A stretch of DNA of 57,909 nt from a virus. Lineage: Duplodnaviria; Caudoviricetes. Positions 1 through 9,309 of this stretch are shown here, piece by piece. The position numbers and the translations under genes are program-made. Location of the stretch: positions 1 to 57,909 of IMG/VR virus record IMGVR_UViG_3300030430_001633. One strand, 5' to 3'. Every line of letters starts with the position of its first letter. The first letter of the stretch is position 1. The notes under the pieces were generated by a model. That model saw nothing but the letters and a program-made list of their open reading frames with translations. It searched no databases and had not been told where the DNA came from.

Positions 1-386
1 GTTTTACCGTTTGGTATGGATACGGTGGCTCCGCTACCCTGTTGAATCGTCGCACTGCGACTGCCGGACAGGGAATTTTTAATAACAAAAAACTTAGTGG
101 CTGTGTTTGGGGCGATTGTTACGACGTTTACCCCGCCTAAATCTGAACCACCGTCTTTAAGATTTATGACAGAAAACATGCCAGTCTGTACATTACTTTG
201 TCCAGACGTGGGAGATGCCGCACGAATTGTAAGATCTGTGGTCAAATCAGAGGCAGTTAAATCTGCCGCACCAGTGACTCGGTCAAAAATATCAAAGTTA
301 AAATTAGTGACATCGCCCCAAGTGCCTGAAAGTTCACCTGTGGCGGGTTTTTCTATACCTAAATTTGTGCTGAAAGAACTTGCCAT
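1..386 (-). CDS. Virion structural / tail fibre protein, N-terminal part (truncated by window edge)
   Basis: Read manually: ATG at 386 with upstream GGAG RBS; MASSFSTNLGIEKPATGELSGTWGDVTNFNFDIFD..., an N-terminus typical of podovirus tail proteins; frame open to position 1. Confidence 0.7.
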   Translation of the reverse strand, partial: MASSFSTNLGIEKPATGELSGTWGDVTNFNFDIFDRVTGAADLTASDLTTDLTIRAASPTSGQSNVQTGMFSVINLKDGGSDLGGVNVVTIAPNTATKFFVIKNSLSGSRSATIQQGSGATVSIPNGK

Positions 387-395
387 GTATTGCTC

Positions 396-1088
396 CTACG
401 CCGCTATCTCTGTCCAATCAGGATTCTGCGAGGGTGTCTCTTCAGACCATGATGGAGAAGCTGCTTCTACTTCTGTCCAATTTGGAGTCTGGCTAGGCAC
501 AATACTCGTGTAGATTTGAACTATACCAATATTTCCAGTTCCTGCAACCCCCGTGAAGGCATATGTTGACTCTATGGTGGGGACAGTAGTAGCTTGTCCA
601 GTACCACTTACACCAGTCACAGAAAGTAAAGAAGACCCTGTAATTGTTGCAGAGCCTACTGATCCTGTGCCAGCCGCACCCGTAACAGCTACGGTTGCGC
701 CTGCCGTAACAGACTCATCACCAAAACTGACTGTAGCTGAAACACCAACTCCAGCTACATTTGCAGCACAATTAGTCTGTTCATCACCGACTGCGGTGGT
801 GCCTACAACATTTGTGGGAGATACGAGAGCGGTGCCTGTTAAGGTAGCAGAGCCGACTGCTCCTGTTGCAGCCGCACCCGTTGGGGCGACTACGGCAGAT
901 GCTACAACAGATTCAGAGCCTAAAGCAGAGGTGGCGGCAACGCCTGTTACCGTTACTAATGCAGACGCCGCGACAGATTCAGAGCCTAAAGCTGTGGTTC
1001 CAGCAACACCAGTGACAACGACGGGTATGGCTTGGTTCCAAGCACCTTGACCCCAAGTACCGCGTCCCCAGCCCGTGATGTTTGCCAA
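396..1088 (-). CDS. Virion structural protein (Gly/Thr/Val/Ala-rich beta-repeat)
   Basis: GWGRGTWGQGAW N-terminus, repeated VTGVAGT-like units, tail-module context. Confidence 0.65.
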   Translation of the reverse strand: MANITGWGRGTWGQGAWNQAIPVVVTGVAGTTALGSESVAASALVTVTGVAATSALGSESVVASAVVAPTGAAATGAVGSATLTGTALVSPTNVVGTTAVGDEQTNCAANVAGVGVSATVSFGDESVTAGATVAVTGAAGTGSVGSATITGSSLLSVTGVSGTGQATTVPTIESTYAFTGVAGTGNIGIVQIYTSIVPSQTPNWTEVEAASPSWSEETPSQNPDWTEIAA

Positions 1089-1100
1089 AGTACTACTCCA

Positions 1101-1553
1101 TTATGCTATACGGATAATGGCGTTACTAGCATCTGCTGTGGGGAACTGAACCGTAAAAGTGCCTGAAGTTGATGTTTTATTGGACGTAAAGTCCAGCACA
1201 GCAACAGCTTTGTTACTGTTTGTGCTATTATAAATCAACGCACCCATCGCAGTAATTGTAGCTGTGGTAAAACTCAAATCTGCAAAATCAGTAAATGCTG
1301 TAGTGCCAGATGTTGTCGGTGCTATTTTGGTGAGAGTGCCTCCCCCTGTGGCGTAAGTGCCACTTGAAGCCACCTCTCCCGTGGTAGTAAACGCGGTCGT
1401 AGATGCACCTAATGTTGCAGTGGTGCTTGATTTACCCCCGCTACTTTCCGCATAAAGAGCGAGTTTAAACGCATTCCCGTTAGTCGCAAAATTATGGGTA
1501 CCAAGCATCAACTCTTGTTTAAATGCTGTACACATCGCTTGAGCAATAGCCAT
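1101..1553 (-). CDS. Conserved phage virion structural protein
   Basis: MAIAQAMCTAFKQELMLGTHNF...FPTADASNAIIRIA; tail-module context. Confidence 0.7.
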   Translation of the reverse strand: MAIAQAMCTAFKQELMLGTHNFATNGNAFKLALYAESSGGKSSTTATLGASTTAFTTTGEVASSGTYATGGGTLTKIAPTTSGTTAFTDFADLSFTTATITAMGALIYNSTNSNKAVAVLDFTSNKTSTSGTFTVQFPTADASNAIIRIA

Positions 1554-1840
1554 CATAACCTCCCAATAGCATCAGCCAGTTCATGTTGACCTGCCTCACG
1601 AACCTTGGCGCAAATAGTAGCACGTTCTTCTTTTCTCGCCAACTCTACATAGTATTGCACTAGATTTCTGACCCTATCTTTAAAAACTTCTGCTTGTAGA
1701 CGTATAGGCTCTGGGGCTTCATCGGCGATGTAAATGATTTTATTTGCAGCCATGTCCGCTATTTGATCATTTGATAAACCGCCATTATCAGATGTAATTA
1801 CACTCACTGCGCCTACACTAGCGATATTTACTTCAAACAT
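1553..1840 (-). CDS. Hypothetical phage protein
   Basis: Coupled to neighbours; probable start MFEVNIAS. Confidence 0.6.
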   Translation of the reverse strand: MFEVNIASVGAVSVITSDNGGLSNDQIADMAANKIIYIADEAPEPIRLQAEVFKDRVRNLVQYYVELARKEERATICAKVREAGQHELADAIGRL

Positions 1841-2510
1841 TGTCATGCCTCCCAAAAACAATAGGGTCAGATTCTAGCGGCTCAGGAGGTTCATACTCTG
1901 ATTGTTTAGTAATCAACAAGCTACCATTTTCCACAGTCTGTACCAGAGGATCCTCTAATCTGTGGTAACCATACAATTTTTCATTGTCTGGCACATTCGT
2001 ATCTAAAAGACTAGACCTGCTCGCCACCTCTATTTTTATGCCCTTACATACTGCGATAGCACACCAAAACTCTACACAAGCTCGCCCTGCCTCAGCCATG
2101 CTCACGTTTTTATAAGTGTAGTCTATGCCATACATACAAATCTTTGTGGCTTTTTGCCATATCGCGTAAGCGACGGCATAAGCTACAGTGTTATTGAAAT
2201 AACAAAAACCTAAATCTGTAGCTATTTCTTTTAGCGGGTATAATTCTAAATTTTTTACTCGCTTGTCGAGTTGACAAGTAATAATCGGTTTCTTATTTTC
2301 TTTTAAAAACTTACGAGCTATTCCTGTTTGTGTTCCCGCATTTTCAGTATCTAAAAACCTAGAGACTGGATCCATCATAAACGTCTTATCAACGTGAATG
2401 ATGCCTCCGATACAATTAATACCCCACACTTCATCAAACTCGTGAGAAGCAACCCGAGCAGCTATATAGTCAGAATAACTACCACCAAGCCCAACAATCG
2501 CAATGTTCAT
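1833..2510 (-). CDS. Putative sialyltransferase/Maf-like (Rossmann-type) glycosyltransferase-fold protein
   Basis: IAIVGLGGS, VWGIN, T(V)AYAVAYA and I.MYGID motifs resemble the CstII/Maf/DUF115-like fold. Confidence 0.45.
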   Translation of the reverse strand: MNIAIVGLGGSYSDYIAARVASHEFDEVWGINCIGGIIHVDKTFMMDPVSRFLDTENAGTQTGIARKFLKENKKPIITCQLDKRVKNLELYPLKEIATDLGFCYFNNTVAYAVAYAIWQKATKICMYGIDYTYKNVSMAEAGRACVEFWCAIAVCKGIKIEVASRSSLLDTNVPDNEKLYGYHRLEDPLVQTVENGSLLITKQSEYEPPEPLESDPIVFGRHDNV

Positions 2511-3358
2511 GTGCGAGGTCTCGTAGGTAAACCTGTTCTATACGCATCTGTGTTTTCCCTAGCCTCAGCTAAATCTTTAATTCGGCCAAGTGACTCTATA
2601 AATCGGCCGTTATATAAATCCATAATATCTTTTTCGCCCTTCATATAAGTGTATGCTTCAACAAGACACCCATAGAGCATAGTATTCGGAGCATTTTCAC
2701 TAAGGAATGTTTTTCGAGTATCTGCGCTAGTAGAAACCACCGTGCCAGTGGCAGAGCTAGTGGCTCCTGTTACTGTTTCGCCAACAGTAAAATCTGCGCT
2801 AGGAATCACCACAGTTAATACAGAACCACCACCCCCTGAATTTATCGTTGTAGTTGCACCGCTAGTCCCACCAGTGATCGTTTCTGTATTTGCAAAGGTC
2901 CCACTTACACTCGACAAAGTAAGCTCAAAAGTGCTGGCTGTGAGACTTTCAGGGCGATAATAGTAATGTAGTTCAGAACTAAAAGCTGCGTTTGGCACAG
3001 GCGACAATATGAAATTTTCATAATCAAAAACAGCGTAGTATCTTGGTATACCTGTGCTGTTATCAGGATTAAATTCTTGTAAATAATTCACATCTTTTTG
3101 CTGAAGAAATACTTTGTTGCTTGAGTTTGTGATAGACAAGCTAAACGCGGCAAGGAAATCAGTAGGCATAGCTAAAAATTGATTACCCGTACTGGTATTT
3201 CCAGTCACGTTTTTACGAAAAAATTCTAAATCTACTGTGGTGAAAATGCGTTGCTCTGTTGATTTAATAAAATCTGACAAATGAGAAACAAAGCTAGACT
3301 CTTGGTTCTCGGTATAATCTTTAATAGAGTTTTTTAATTCTGTGTAAGTATAGCTCAT
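2507..3358 (-). CDS. Tail/head-tail adaptor-like protein with inserted beta-rich domain
   Basis: MSYTYTELKNSIKDYTEN..., G.PRYYA...LSPVP...YYYRP, LYGCLVEAY; inserted GTF...ETITGGTSGAT repeats. Confidence 0.6.
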   Translation of the reverse strand: MSYTYTELKNSIKDYTENQESSFVSHLSDFIKSTEQRIFTTVDLEFFRKNVTGNTSTGNQFLAMPTDFLAAFSLSITNSSNKVFLQQKDVNYLQEFNPDNSTGIPRYYAVFDYENFILSPVPNAAFSSELHYYYRPESLTASTFELTLSSVSGTFANTETITGGTSGATTTINSGGGGSVLTVVIPSADFTVGETVTGATSSATGTVVSTSADTRKTFLSENAPNTMLYGCLVEAYTYMKGEKDIMDLYNGRFIESLGRIKDLAEARENTDAYRTGLPTRPRT

Positions 3359-3669
3359 GACGTGCTCACCGTAACCGTGCCTACACTTCCAGTGGCTTCG
3401 AAAGAAGTCAGCTTAGTTCCAATTAAACCTAGACCCACATTTGTATAAACCGTAAAAGGTATATTGTCTTCTTTAACATCAATGCGCGGCTCATGCAAAA
3501 CTTGTGGCTCAAAAGGTGGTGAGCTAGGCTCTAATTGAGGATGCTTTGGCTCAAAACAATCTGGACAAGTTTTAAGACCAGTCCACTCTTTACGCAACTT
3601 AAGGTATCGGTACCTTTGTCCACATCTATCGCATATCGCTAAAGATTTTCTGCCTGTCGCATACTTCAT
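3355..3669 (-). CDS. Small Zn-finger protein
   Basis: CDRC...CPDC. Confidence 0.65.
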   Translation of the reverse strand: MKYATGRKSLAICDRCGQRYRYLKLRKEWTGLKTCPDCFEPKHPQLEPSSPPFEPQVLHEPRIDVKEDNIPFTVYTNVGLGLIGTKLTSFEATGSVGTVTVSTS

Positions 3670-4352
3670 GAGATAAACGTATAATAATCTCTGCTAGGGG
3701 TCAGACTGAGTGTGGCTCTGTCTCTATCTTCTGAGGCTGCTCTTTCAAACTCTTCTTCGTAAACAGCTTTTAATATTTGCACTCTTTGTGGAGCTTTCTT
3801 CAAAGCAATATAATAAGCCAACCCAGCAGCCAGACACGGATAAAATCGGAACGGCACATCTAAAGTATTTAACGAACTATCTGCATCATCCATTCTAGTT
3901 AGTCTATCAAAAACTAAAGTATAGGTTTCCACACTGTCCGGAGTAGGCCATAGCTTTACAATTGGGTTGATTTGTCTATCAACATAAAACTGCGTAGGTT
4001 TACCAGTGGTGTTTTTGTTAGTGATACTCAAATATCCATCGCGGCTCAATCGACTCAATGAAATATCTGACTGGTTGGTTCCTGTGCCTGTGCGAATGAC
4101 AGCACTGAGGATATCTATTGTATCGATGCCCAAATTGTAGTTTGCAGTGCCAGCCGTCAAAGTAGTTGACGTTTGAGTCATTGTCCAACGATTTAAGCCC
4201 CTATTAGCCCAATCAGCTAACATGAGGTTGAGGGAGCGGGTGGCTGTTTTAAGGTCATACCCTGTACGAACCTCTAAGCCACACCGCTCAAAAGCCTCTT
4301 CGACGTAATCAGCTACATCGAGCTCAAAATCATTTGAACCTGATAGAGCCAT
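3666..4352 (-). CDS. Head-tail adaptor / tail tubular protein A-like
   Basis: EEAFERCG...SLNLMLADWANRGLN, GKPTQFY, LWPTPD, VPFRFYPCL; position downstream of capsid genes. Confidence 0.65.
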   Translation of the reverse strand: MALSGSNDFELDVADYVEEAFERCGLEVRTGYDLKTATRSLNLMLADWANRGLNRWTMTQTSTTLTAGTANYNLGIDTIDILSAVIRTGTGTNQSDISLSRLSRDGYLSITNKNTTGKPTQFYVDRQINPIVKLWPTPDSVETYTLVFDRLTRMDDADSSLNTLDVPFRFYPCLAAGLAYYIALKKAPQRVQILKAVYEEEFERAASEDRDRATLSLTPSRDYYTFIS

Positions 4353-4634
4353 TTAGCTGTATGGCCCTTTGATCATTTTTGAGCTTACTTTGCCACCGAC
4401 TGCGCCGCCTTTGTTCATCATTCTACGTTTGCCGCCCATTGCGCCACCCTTGGACTTCATCATGCGCTTACCGCCCATAGCACCGCCTTTGGACTTCATC
4501 ATGCGTTTTTTGCCGCCCATTGCGCCACCCTTAGACTTCATCATGCGCTTTTTGCCGCCCATGGATCCACCTTTGGACTTCATCATGCGCTTCTTCTTAC
4601 CGCCATTGGCGTTACCCTTCTTCTTCATCGCCAT
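4353..4634 (-). CDS. Small basic repeat protein (MMKSKGGAMGGKKR repeats)
   Basis: Probable start MAMKKK at 4634 with upstream GAGGA; tandem peptide repeats. Confidence 0.65.
   Translation of the reverse strand: MAMKKKGNANGGKKKRMMKSKGGSMGGKKRMMKSKGGAMGGKKRMMKSKGGAMGGKRMMKSKGGAMGGKRRMMNKGGAVGGKVSSKMIKGPYS
4390..4600. repeat. Coding tandem repeat, about five 39-42 bp units
   Basis: Unit about ttgccgcccattgcgccacccttggacttcatcatgcgct; unit lengths are multiples of 3. Confidence 0.85.
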
Positions 4635-5316
4635 CTTCGTTTTCCTCTTCCGCGTAGAGATTATCAAAAATCTGATTTACGTCCATTGTATAATCTAAAT
4701 CAGACTTTGAATAGTGTATGTGTTGAGAAGGCTTGAAATCAGGTGCGCCTTCGCCTGTTTCAAACCAAGCAGGATGCGTGACTCTTACACGATTATTAGG
4801 CAAAGCCACGATATTTCCAGTCCACTGACCAGCGTCTAGTAGCTCTAACACATGGCTTTGTTTGTGTTGAGCCGGATCATCTGCTATCTCACTCTCAGTG
4901 TAGTCCACTGTAAAGTAATACTTCGCGGGGAAAAATTCTCCGTCAATTTTAGCAATCCATGGGCAGGGCGTAGCCCTGTTAATCTTGTACACAGCATGCG
5001 TGTGAGACATACAGTCCCACGGTTGAGCCGCGTGTACCGGCATGGGGTCAGGCCACTCCTCGTAGGGGGTATCCCCCACTAAAGCTGTTATGGGCATCCT
5101 AGCCCACATGGCCCCGCCATGAACGTTCGGCTCATCGTTAATTTCAGCCTCACAACCTGTAAAAATCACCTGAAAACTCAAACATCTGTTTGGCATTGTA
5201 GTTACTGCTACAGCCATTGCATGAAGGAACTCGCCGTGGTGGTCTTCATGATTGCAAGTATATTCCTTCCTTACCCAACATTTGAAGTAAGGGATATTAC
5301 TTGTTAGATAACTCAT
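4612..5316 (-). CDS. Conserved hypothetical phage protein
   Basis: 234 aa ORF, HGGAMWARMPITAL motif, coupled to neighbours. Confidence 0.75.
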   Translation of the reverse strand: MSYLTSNIPYFKCWVRKEYTCNHEDHHGEFLHAMAVAVTTMPNRCLSFQVIFTGCEAEINDEPNVHGGAMWARMPITALVGDTPYEEWPDPMPVHAAQPWDCMSHTHAVYKINRATPCPWIAKIDGEFFPAKYYFTVDYTESEIADDPAQHKQSHVLELLDAGQWTGNIVALPNNRVRVTHPAWFETGEGAPDFKPSQHIHYSKSDLDYTMDVNQIFDNLYAEEENEDGDEEEG

Positions 5317-5597
5317 GCTTTACTTTTTTTCTTTGCCTTTGATTTTGGCTTCGGTTTTTTGCCTTTGCCAAAAATGTGAGCGTCAACTTTTGCTGCCTTA
5401 CCTCCGGTGAGGACGCTGTTTACTCTTGCCATAGCCCACTGATTAGGGGAAGTTCCCGGACGGTGGCCTGTTCGATAAGCAGCTAGACCTTTGTTATAAA
5501 CTCTTTTTAGCTGCCCCGTTGTCACTTTTTTTCCTTTTTTACGAGCAGCTTCAGCTTTCTTTTCCAGAGACTTCACAACCGACGCGCTAAGTGCCAT
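5313..5597 (-). CDS. Small basic protein
   Basis: VYNKGLAAYRTGHRPG...QWAMARVNS; Lys-rich. Confidence 0.65.
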   Translation of the reverse strand: MALSASVVKSLEKKAEAARKKGKKVTTGQLKRVYNKGLAAYRTGHRPGTSPNQWAMARVNSVLTGGKAAKVDAHIFGKGKKPKPKSKAKKKSKA

Positions 5598-5884
5598 CAC
5601 TTTCCCCTTTCTTTTCTCAAGGCCTCTTTGCCCTTTTTGAAAATATCAACTACTTTATCTTTACCCATAACCTTAGCTCGTTGTTCACCAACAGTTAAGA
5701 TTTGTATTTTTCTTGCAAAAGGCTTTCTAATTTTCTTAACTTTTGCGACTGTCGCTCGAGCATCTGCTGGAGTAGCGAATTTAATTCTAACTGTGTCTTT
5801 AGGGTTCTCATCAGTGTAGAGCCTACGTCCTGATCCTTTTGGTTTTTTCCCTGTGCCAACTTTAGGATCTTTTTTTCTTGCCAC
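5597..5884 (-). CDS. Small basic protein
   Basis: Probable GTG start (MARKKDPKVGTGKKPKGSGRRLYTDENP) inside the 119 aa ORF. Confidence 0.6.
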   Translation of the reverse strand: MARKKDPKVGTGKKPKGSGRRLYTDENPKDTVRIKFATPADARATVAKVKKIRKPFARKIQILTVGEQRAKVMGKDKVVDIFKKGKEALRKERGK

Positions 5885-6164
5885 GAGTAGAGCCTCCAAA
5901 TACTTTTTTAAATTTCTTGGTATATTTAGACTCTTTAGTCTTTCTTCTAGCTCCACTGCTTGTGAAGTCTGTAGAAAATTTATACGCGGAAGGATCCCTA
6001 GGCGATTTCTTTCTATTACGCTCTATCTCTTTTTTACGTTTAGCTTTCTCAGCAGAGCTAAGACCAGCTAAATACTTAGCTGGCACTTTCGGCTTTTTAC
6101 GCTTTTTCCTAGAAGCAGGGGCTTTTTTAATTTGTTGCGCCATATTGCCTCTCGTCATAGCCAT
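5862..6164 (-). CDS. Small basic protein
   Basis: Probable start MAMTRGNM; Lys/Arg-rich. Confidence 0.6.
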   Translation of the reverse strand: MAMTRGNMAQQIKKAPASRKKRKKPKVPAKYLAGLSSAEKAKRKKEIERNRKKSPRDPSAYKFSTDFTSSGARRKTKESKYTKKFKKVFGGSTRGKKKRS

Positions 6165-6322
6165 TAGAATAACCTCGGGATTGCAGCCGCTGCTATAATC
6201 AAAACAGCTATGCCCCACAGTCTCATATCTAATTTATCAAGCTGTTTTTGTATTTCTGCATATCGCTCGCTGCAATCTGCTTCATGTTTTTCCAACAGCT
6301 TTAGAACATCATCTGCTTTCAT
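6164..6322 (-). CDS. Small coiled-coil + transmembrane protein (52 aa; not in ORF track)
   Basis: Manual translation MKADDVLKLLEKHEADCSERYAEIQKQLDKLDMRLWGIAVLIIAAAAIPRLF; TAATG coupling at both ends. Confidence 0.65.
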   Translation of the reverse strand: MKADDVLKLLEKHEADCSERYAEIQKQLDKLDMRLWGIAVLIIAAAAIPRLF

Positions 6323-6606
6323 TACCAAGCCTTACAGGACCAGTATCGTGCGCTGAATTTATCCTTAGCGGTATCACATCTATGCCTTGCACGGAAAGAC
6401 TTTCTCCTTCCGGGTTGGTCTTTTTTGATGGACATATTCGGATCACCAAAACGCACCAGTTTTACCTGATTGCCTTTTTTAGCTAGAACAGCAGACTTCT
6501 TAGGCCCATTTGGGGTTTTTTTAGGTTTGTTATATCCAGAAAAAGTCTCCCCTCTGTAAGACAATCTTCCAGAGGGGCTCCTTTTTACATCTTTGGTGGT
6601 CGCCAT
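6322..6606 (-). CDS. Conserved small basic phage protein
   Basis: KLVRFGDPNM...RRKSFRARH.C...SARYWSCK.W. Confidence 0.7.
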   Translation of the reverse strand: MATTKDVKRSPSGRLSYRGETFSGYNKPKKTPNGPKKSAVLAKKGNQVKLVRFGDPNMSIKKDQPGRRKSFRARHRCDTAKDKFSARYWSCKAW

Positions 6607-7010
6607 TAGTTATATTCCTTACGCACCTGTAGGATAATCGTATAACTGTCAGCAGAACTGTGGCCTACAGTGGTAAACAAAATATCTCCTGTCTTACCAG
6701 ACCCAGCGTTGTTGATTATGCCACCGAAGCTAGTGTAGTCATGATAACCACTTTGATTCTCACCGAGTTCAATAGCTATCACATTTGAGGTCGCATCAAA
6801 AAGTAGCTGCACCTTCATGCCATTGCACTGCCACCATATTTTTTCTATAGAAGCACCCGTGCAGGTTTTACCTACATCATTAGCAGAAAGAGAGCTTACA
6901 TCTACTTTTGCTACCGCACTTTCTCCGGAACCATCAGAGATGTTAGTAAACTTCAAGACGGCGGTTTTAACACCGTCTATTAAAGTTTGTGAAGTGACTG
7001 CATCAGCCAT
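6606..7010 (-). CDS. Virion structural protein
   Basis: MADAVTSQTL...KFTNISDGSGES; downstream of capsid genes; GGAG RBS. Confidence 0.7.
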   Translation of the reverse strand: MADAVTSQTLIDGVKTAVLKFTNISDGSGESAVAKVDVSSLSANDVGKTCTGASIEKIWWQCNGMKVQLLFDATSNVIAIELGENQSGYHDYTSFGGIINNAGSGKTGDILFTTVGHSSADSYTIILQVRKEYN

Positions 7011-7022
7011 AACAATCTCCTA

Positions 7023-7643
7023 TTAGTAAACGGAGTATTCCAGCTCTACTGTGAACCTTCCTGCTGTGACATCCGCGTTTACAGTGGTCGTGGCTCTGGC
7101 ATACAGATGCACGTTTGCAACGGCTGCGGTAATGTTCGGAACAAAGATATGGTAATTACCAGCAGTGTCATTAAAGTTGATATCAATCTCAGTAATAGAC
7201 TGAGTTGCGCTCAACTGCTCGTTAAATGAGGTAACACCCGCACCAACAATCTCAGTGCCTGAAACAGCGGCATTTGTTGCGGTTCCACTCGTAGAACTCA
7301 AAGCAAGGTTACCTGCAAGAGTTTGACCAGCAGCGGTTGTAATCCCAATAAGAGCACGATGAATAAAAATCTTGCTAGGTGTAACAAGATCATCAGGTGC
7401 ATCTACATTCAGGGTTCCTAGTTCTACAAGACAATCGCCGTCGGCATACGCGGTTGAAGCTGCATTAGTTGCTGCAAGCGTACCTGCAAAAGATTGAATT
7501 TTGCGAGTACCCATAGAAATGAGCTGACCCGTGGCATTTACAGAAAAACCCGTTTCTGTAATCGCACCTGTAGTCGCACTTTCATTGATAACTTTAAAAC
7601 CGCTTTTGGAACGCACTGGTCCCGAAAAGGTAGTAGTAGCCAT
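7023..7643 (-). CDS. Capsid-associated / decoration protein
   Basis: MATTTFSGPVRS N-terminus, immediately after the major capsid gene. Confidence 0.6.
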   Translation of the reverse strand: MATTTFSGPVRSKSGFKVINESATTGAITETGFSVNATGQLISMGTRKIQSFAGTLAATNAASTAYADGDCLVELGTLNVDAPDDLVTPSKIFIHRALIGITTAAGQTLAGNLALSSTSGTATNAAVSGTEIVGAGVTSFNEQLSATQSITEIDINFNDTAGNYHIFVPNITAAVANVHLYARATTTVNADVTAGRFTVELEYSVY

Positions 7644-7710
7644 GTTTCTCTCCTGTCGTGGCTAATGTCAGATCTACTTCAGATCTGTCAGGGATATAAA
7701 GACTATAAAC

Positions 7711-7737
7711 AAAAAAAGGGCGGCTCGCAAGCCGCCC
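7711..7737 (-). terminator. Intrinsic terminator after major capsid gene
   Basis: 8-bp stem gggcggct/agccgccc, 4-nt loop, T7 tail on minus strand. Confidence 0.85.
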
Positions 7738-7754
7738 CTCGGAGGTTTTTGAGT

Positions 7755-8663
7755 TTAGGCTCCAGGAGAACCAAACACACAACGGGGATCCGAAACACCG
7801 AAGCTATAACGCTCACGAGCCTTATAGCGGACGTTACCCGTATCGAAGTCGCCTTCCATAGAAGTCCTGATAGCTGCTCGCTCAAAGTGCTTGAAGCCAT
7901 TGGGTGCATCTGTCTTGATAAAGAACGCATCTGTATCAGTCAGGAAGTTGTTTACAACATAACCCTCAGGCAACATACCCATGTTGCGGAGAGCGTTGAT
8001 GTCGTTATCTGCGGTACCGACACGCATCGTTGATGCCATCAGACGCTCAGCAACGAACTGAAGCGCAGAAGGAATAATCAACTTACGACCCTGCACAGCG
8101 ATTTTCAGACCACGCTCATCAATGAACGCCGCGATATCAATCAACGACTGCTCAAGTGATGTTTCGTTAAGGTCTGCTGCGGTGCTGAGCTCATTACGGA
8201 ACGTGCCACCACCATTTGTGGGGTGGTCAGTAGCGCAGAGCTCTTTGCCGTCACCGATAGCAAAGGTGCTATCAAATGCGTTGTTAAGAACAGCAGCGGC
8301 CTTCACCTGCTTAGTGTTAGACATCGAACGAGCAAGCGCACGAGTATAACGAGAGCTCAGGCGGTCATAAAGGTTATCCTCTACAGCCTCCTCAGTAATC
8401 GCAAACGCGAGTGCAATAGTCTCGTGTGTATAACGAGCAGTAAACGATTCGTTCGCAGTATCGAATGAAACTGCTTGGCCTTCACCCTTGACAGGTGCAG
8501 CCCCGAATCCTGAAAGCATTACTTCCTCTTCAAAAGCCCGATCCGAAGTTTCGGTTTCAAAGATTTCAGTATGCTGGTTTTCGTAACGGTCATACTCCAT
8601 ACCGAAAAGAGCGTTCAATCCTGGCTCTAGTTCTTTGAGGAGTTGGGATCTTGCAATAGCCAT
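7755..8663 (-). CDS. Major capsid protein
   Basis: MAIARSQLLKELEPGLNALFG..., DFDTGNVRYKARERYSFG.SDPR; downstream of scaffold; followed by terminator. Confidence 0.85.
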   Translation of the reverse strand: MAIARSQLLKELEPGLNALFGMEYDRYENQHTEIFETETSDRAFEEEVMLSGFGAAPVKGEGQAVSFDTANESFTARYTHETIALAFAITEEAVEDNLYDRLSSRYTRALARSMSNTKQVKAAAVLNNAFDSTFAIGDGKELCATDHPTNGGGTFRNELSTAADLNETSLEQSLIDIAAFIDERGLKIAVQGRKLIIPSALQFVAERLMASTMRVGTADNDINALRNMGMLPEGYVVNNFLTDTDAFFIKTDAPNGFKHFERAAIRTSMEGDFDTGNVRYKARERYSFGVSDPRCVFGSPGA

Positions 8664-8675
8664 CTCTAGTCCTCC

Positions 8676-9290
8676 TTAAGCGATGCCAGTGGTTGAAGTA
8701 TGATGCGGGATATTCAGCTTCACTAGGAGGATCACTCCTGCTGAAGCATAGTCAATCCCAGGAACATCCTTGATACCCACAATCCGGAAATTATCCGAAG
8801 TAGTGGTGGCTCCTGCGGTAGAAACAGAAATCTCACCTGCGGAGATACCATTTGCAGTTTCAGAACCAAAGCCAGTGCCTTCTGCATTTGAGTGGATCAA
8901 AGCAGTTGCGGTTGCAAGGTCAGTCAGACTTGCATCAGCTTGGCACTCGTATACTTGATGAGGATCATCGTATACAAACACAGTTGCTTCTGTGCCAGAC
9001 TTCAAAGAAGCCGTTCCAGGATATTTATTATCGAAGGTTGGCGTACCGTCGAGTGCAGTGTATTCACACCCTGCCATAACACCTAGGATCGCTACCGAAC
9101 CACCATCTGCCGCACTTACATCCACGAGACCGTTAGAGAGGGGAATCACCATATCACCTTGATGGATCGCTGATGAGGAACCTGCTACACCCGGAATCTG
9201 TACTTTGTAAGGCGTCAAACCCATGGAATTGGCGTTCGAGCCTAGTTTGTTATGAGGACGCAAACCAAACGGCGAATCAGTATTTGCCAT
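8676..9290 (-). CDS. Capsid cement / decoration protein
   Basis: MANTDSPFGLRP..., VYDDP; directly upstream of major capsid gene. Confidence 0.6.
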   Translation of the reverse strand: MANTDSPFGLRPHNKLGSNANSMGLTPYKVQIPGVAGSSSAIHQGDMVIPLSNGLVDVSAADGGSVAILGVMAGCEYTALDGTPTFDNKYPGTASLKSGTEATVFVYDDPHQVYECQADASLTDLATATALIHSNAEGTGFGSETANGISAGEISVSTAGATTTSDNFRIVGIKDVPGIDYASAGVILLVKLNIPHHTSTTGIA

Positions 9291-9309
9291 GATTTTAGTC
9301 TCCTAACAA

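Noticed and set aside
4390-4600. Regular repeats resembling a CRISPR array
   Set aside because: No unique spacers; in-frame coding repeats with synonymous variation; no cas genes
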